From Nitrospirota bacterium (GTDB taxonomy: Bacteria > Nitrospirota > Nitrospiria > Nitrospirales > NS-4), in the NCBI GenBank assembly GCA_963788195.1, contig CAWBGA010000017.1:640001-704000 (forward strand): a stretch of DNA of 64,000 bases, in the 5' to 3' direction. Each line of letters starts with the position of its first letter. Positions within the stretch are counted from its first letter, which is position 1. Below are positions 61,143-64,000 of this stretch, one piece after another. The notes below the pieces were generated by a model. The model saw only the letters and a list, made by a program, of their open reading frames with translations. It searched no databases and was not told where the DNA came from. Both the position numbers and the translations under genes were made by a program.

Positions 61143-62054
61143 CTAAAATAAAAAGAAATTCATCCCATTACGAGTGAGACCGGATTCGGCCATCAGGACA
61201 TCGAGCGCGACGCTCGCCACGTCATCCGCGAGCGCGTCCACGTTCGAGTCCTTTTCCATGTACAGGATCTTGAGATAACCATGGCAGGCGTCGCAACTCT
61301 CGGCCTTGACCGCGGCGCTGCCGCCCTCGATGCCATAGTAAGCAATGCCCTTGGTCGTATCGCAGAAGACGCACTTGATACGCACCGCGTGCCATTGCGT
61401 GTTGCAGAGCGGGCAGGTCAGATAGCGCAGGCCGTGGTCCGAGGCGCCGGCGCCCACGACACTCACCATGGGCGCAGAACCACACGCCGGGCAGAGATGA
61501 GGGGTCTCGAGCCGGCCGAAGGCACCGGCCCCGAGCGTCGTGACCAGATGCAACCAGTACGCCTGCAGCGCTGCGCCGATGAATGGTATCGCCGCGCGAT
61601 CGAGCTGTTCACGATTATCGCCGGCGAGCAGCGCCTCGGCCAAGCGTTCGAGCGACGCGTCGTCCGTGTCCTTGAGCCGCGCGATCGTCGCGCGCGCGGC
61701 TTCCGGCAGTTCGCCGGCTTCGAGTTCCGTGAGGATACAGTGCAGCGCCTCTCGCCACGCGGGATCGCGGTCCCAGCCACGGGTCCCGAGCGGCGGCATC
61801 CCGTGTTCTCGGCAGAGTGTAAGCTGTTGCGTCTCCGGCAGCAGGACATCGCGGAACCGCGAAACCGCTTCATGCTGCGCGTGCGCCACCGCCGCCAGGA
61901 ACCGCAGGTAATCCGCCAGGGCGTGGCCTTCGGCCACGGCGCTCAGACGCGCCGCGCGCGCCTCAAACACATTGCGCTCCGGCAGGAGCAGGAACGGGAT
62001 TTCGCCCGGCGGCGCCTCGATGGTTCCGGGTTGAATAACATTAATCTTGGTCAT
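61143..62054 (-). CDS. fdhE: Formate dehydrogenase accessory protein FdhE
   Basis: CPACGS, RYLTCPLC..W...RIKCVFC, ESCDAC..YLK, ADDVAS. Confidence 0.94.
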   Translation of the reverse strand: MTKINVIQPGTIEAPPGEIPFLLLPERNVFEARAARLSAVAEGHALADYLRFLAAVAHAQHEAVSRFRDVLLPETQQLTLCREHGMPPLGTRGWDRDPAWREALHCILTELEAGELPEAARATIARLKDTDDASLERLAEALLAGDNREQLDRAAIPFIGAALQAYWLHLVTTLGAGAFGRLETPHLCPACGSAPMVSVVGAGASDHGLRYLTCPLCNTQWHAVRIKCVFCDTTKGIAYYGIEGGSAAVKAESCDACHGYLKILYMEKDSNVDALADDVASVALDVLMAESGLTRNGMNFFLF

Positions 62055-62680
62055 TTCGTGCCCTTCGTCACCTCGCGATACCAGCCGGGATGATGATGCT
62101 TCGCCCACGCGCGTGGCACCACGCCACGCGTCATGCCGCGGATCGTTCCCCTCACCCAGAACGCCGCATAGATGTGCACGATGATGCCCAAGATCAGAAC
62201 GAATGCAGACACCGAATGGATGACCGCCGCCACGCGAATCAGCTCGATCGAGAACCATGGCGCGAACCACGGCTGCCATATGACGATACCACTCAGAAGG
62301 AGCACCAACATCGTCGCGATCATGACCCAGAACAGCAATTTCTGGCCCGCATTGAAGCGCCCCACTTCGGGCAATCGCTCATCGTGATTGGTGATCACAT
62401 CACGAAACTGGCGCACCCATTGCCAGTCGGCTGCCGTCATGAGGTTGTCAGCGAAGAAGCGATGTGCCAGAAAGTAGAAGGAGACAGCCATGACCACGCC
62501 GATGAAGGGATGCAGAATGCGCATCCACGGCCCGCCCCCAAAGAGATGGCTCAGGAAGAAAAACGCCGGGTGGAACAGCGCCAGGCCGGACAGCGCGAGT
62601 AGGATGAACGTAATCGCGGTCAGCCAGTGGTTGGCGCGGTCTGCCGGGTGGTAACGCTCGATCAGATTGTCGTCGTTCAT
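62051..62680 (-). CDS. fdoI: Formate dehydrogenase gamma subunit (cytochrome b556)
   Basis: [31 protein letters not shown]. Confidence 0.93.
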   Translation of the reverse strand: MNDDNLIERYHPADRANHWLTAITFILLALSGLALFHPAFFFLSHLFGGGPWMRILHPFIGVVMAVSFYFLAHRFFADNLMTAADWQWVRQFRDVITNHDERLPEVGRFNAGQKLLFWVMIATMLVLLLSGIVIWQPWFAPWFSIELIRVAAVIHSVSAFVLILGIIVHIYAAFWVRGTIRGMTRGVVPRAWAKHHHPGWYREVTKGTK

Positions 62681-63582
62681 GGAGCCTCCTTTCGCGGCCC
62701 GTGTGCGCCCTGCGGGTGTTCGTCGGTATCCTCTGGCGTTTCCTTCGGTCCCACCGTCACATAGTGGAAGAAGGCTGTGAGCACGGCCACGCCGAGACTC
62801 AGCGACATGAACGGTTTGAGGATGCCTTTCCACAGCTCCACCCAAAGGCTGATGTGCGGATCCTTCGGCAGGTTGTTGTAGATCTGCGGCTGGTCGGCGT
62901 GCTGCAACACGTACATCACGTGCGTGCCGCCCACCCCCGGCGGATCGTACAGCCCGGCGTTGTTGTATCCGCGCGACTTGAGATCCACTATGCGCTCCTC
63001 GGCGTGCTGAATCATGTCCTCCTTGGAACCGAACACGAGCGCGCCGGTGGGGCAGGTCTTGACGCAGGCCGGTTCCACTCCCACGGACACCCGGTCGGAG
63101 CACAGCGTGCATTTGTACGCCTTGTCGTCCTTCTTAGAGATTCGGGGAATATTAAACGGGCAGCCGGTAATACAGTAGCCGCAGCCGATGCAGTGCTCCT
63201 CGTGAAAGTCCACGATGCCGTTGCTGTACTGCACGATCGCGCCCGGCGCGGGGCAGGCCTTCAGACAGCCGGGGTCGGCGCAGTGCATGCAGCCGTCCTT
63301 GCGGATCAGCCATTCGAGCTTGCCCTGCTCCACCTCCACTTCTGAGAAACGCATCACGGTCCAGGACTTGTCGGTGAGGTCGAGCGGGTTGTCGTAGACG
63401 CCGTGATTGGTGCCGATCTCATCGCGCAGGTCGTTCCACTCCATGCACGCCACCTGGCAGGCCTTGCAGCCGATGCACTTGGAGACGTCAATGAGCTTCG
63501 CGACTTTCTGCGTCTCGCGCACCCCCGGCGACGGCGTAGTGGTGGCCGAACGGGCCGTGATGTCGAGCGATTGCAGTGCCAT
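62677..63582 (-). CDS. fdoH: Formate dehydrogenase beta (Fe-S) subunit
   Basis: [50 protein letters not shown]-terminal TM. Confidence 0.95.
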   Translation of the reverse strand: MALQSLDITARSATTTPSPGVRETQKVAKLIDVSKCIGCKACQVACMEWNDLRDEIGTNHGVYDNPLDLTDKSWTVMRFSEVEVEQGKLEWLIRKDGCMHCADPGCLKACPAPGAIVQYSNGIVDFHEEHCIGCGYCITGCPFNIPRISKKDDKAYKCTLCSDRVSVGVEPACVKTCPTGALVFGSKEDMIQHAEERIVDLKSRGYNNAGLYDPPGVGGTHVMYVLQHADQPQIYNNLPKDPHISLWVELWKGILKPFMSLSLGVAVLTAFFHYVTVGPKETPEDTDEHPQGAHGPRKEAP

Positions 63583-63591
63583 ATCGCCTCC

Positions 63592-64000
63592 CTATAGCTT
63601 GTCAATGGTGACGAGGAACGCCTTGAATTCCGGCGTCTGGGTGTTCGCATCTCCCACGGATGGCGTCAGTGTGTTGGCAATGAAGCCGTTCTTCGCCAGT
63701 CCCTGGAAGCCCCAGTGGATCGGGATGCCGACCGTGTACACCTTCTTGCCGTAGACGTCCAATGTCCGGATGCGCTTGGTCACCACGGCCACCGCCTTGA
63801 TAAACCCGCGGATCGATCGCACCCTCACGCGGTCACCGCTCGCGATGTTCTTCATGCGGGCGAGGTCCTCGCCGATCTCCACGAACTGCTCCGGCTGCAT
63901 GATCGCACCGAGCCTCGTGTGCTTGGTCCAGTAGTGGAAATGCTCGGTGAGCCGGTAGGTGGTCGCCACGTACGGGAACTCCTCGGCATCGCCGAACTGG
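63592..64000 (-). CDS. fdoG: Formate dehydrogenase alpha subunit, 3' end only
   Basis: FPYVATTYRLTEHFHYWTK, GIPIHWG, NTLTP.VGDANTQTPEFK. Confidence 0.93.
   Translation of the reverse strand, partial: QFGDAEEFPYVATTYRLTEHFHYWTKHTRLGAIMQPEQFVEIGEDLARMKNIASGDRVRVRSIRGFIKAVAVVTKRIRTLDVYGKKVYTVGIPIHWGFQGLAKNGFIANTLTPSVGDANTQTPEFKAFLVTIDKL

Overview
Bacterial chromosomal window, most likely Nitrospirota/Nitrospira-like. This is inferred from gene repertoire, a small CxRCxG...WRCxxCG zinc-ribbon ORF and the style of an intergenic repeat; it is not verified. Many single-base frameshifts in otherwise intact genes suggest an unpolished long-read assembly. Four blocks. (1) 1-3.1 kb: a GAF histidine kinase and a secreted beta-propeller protein followed by a possible phage tail-fibre scrap. 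(2) 3.1-27 kb: a large phosphate/polyphosphate locus (porin, pstSCAB, phoU, ppx, two thymidylate-kinase-like genes, sixA, phoB, phoR, a second porin, two paralogous lipoproteins, CBS, LuxR, PPK2, second PhoB-like regulator, PsiE) with several 11-bp-periodic Pho-box-like arrays. (3) 27-56 kb: an RND pump plus a patchwork of stress-type genes (Dps, SDR, aldo/keto reductase, DedA, CBS, DUF1259, three STAS proteins, two sigma-54 activators). Five promoters here share one architecture: TGGAAC-N5-TTGC, usually an IHF-like site, and paired TGCCGA-N4-TCGGCA-like enhancer palindromes. This looks like an undescribed sigma-54 stress regulon. (4) 56.5-64 kb: a GC-rich formate dehydrogenase-O/N plus selenocysteine cassette (fdoG 3' end, fdoH, fdoI, fdhE, selA, selB, selC, selD). 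No CRISPR array, integrase or transposase was seen. A 35-bp direct repeat (21866 and 46927) brackets a 25-kb segment.
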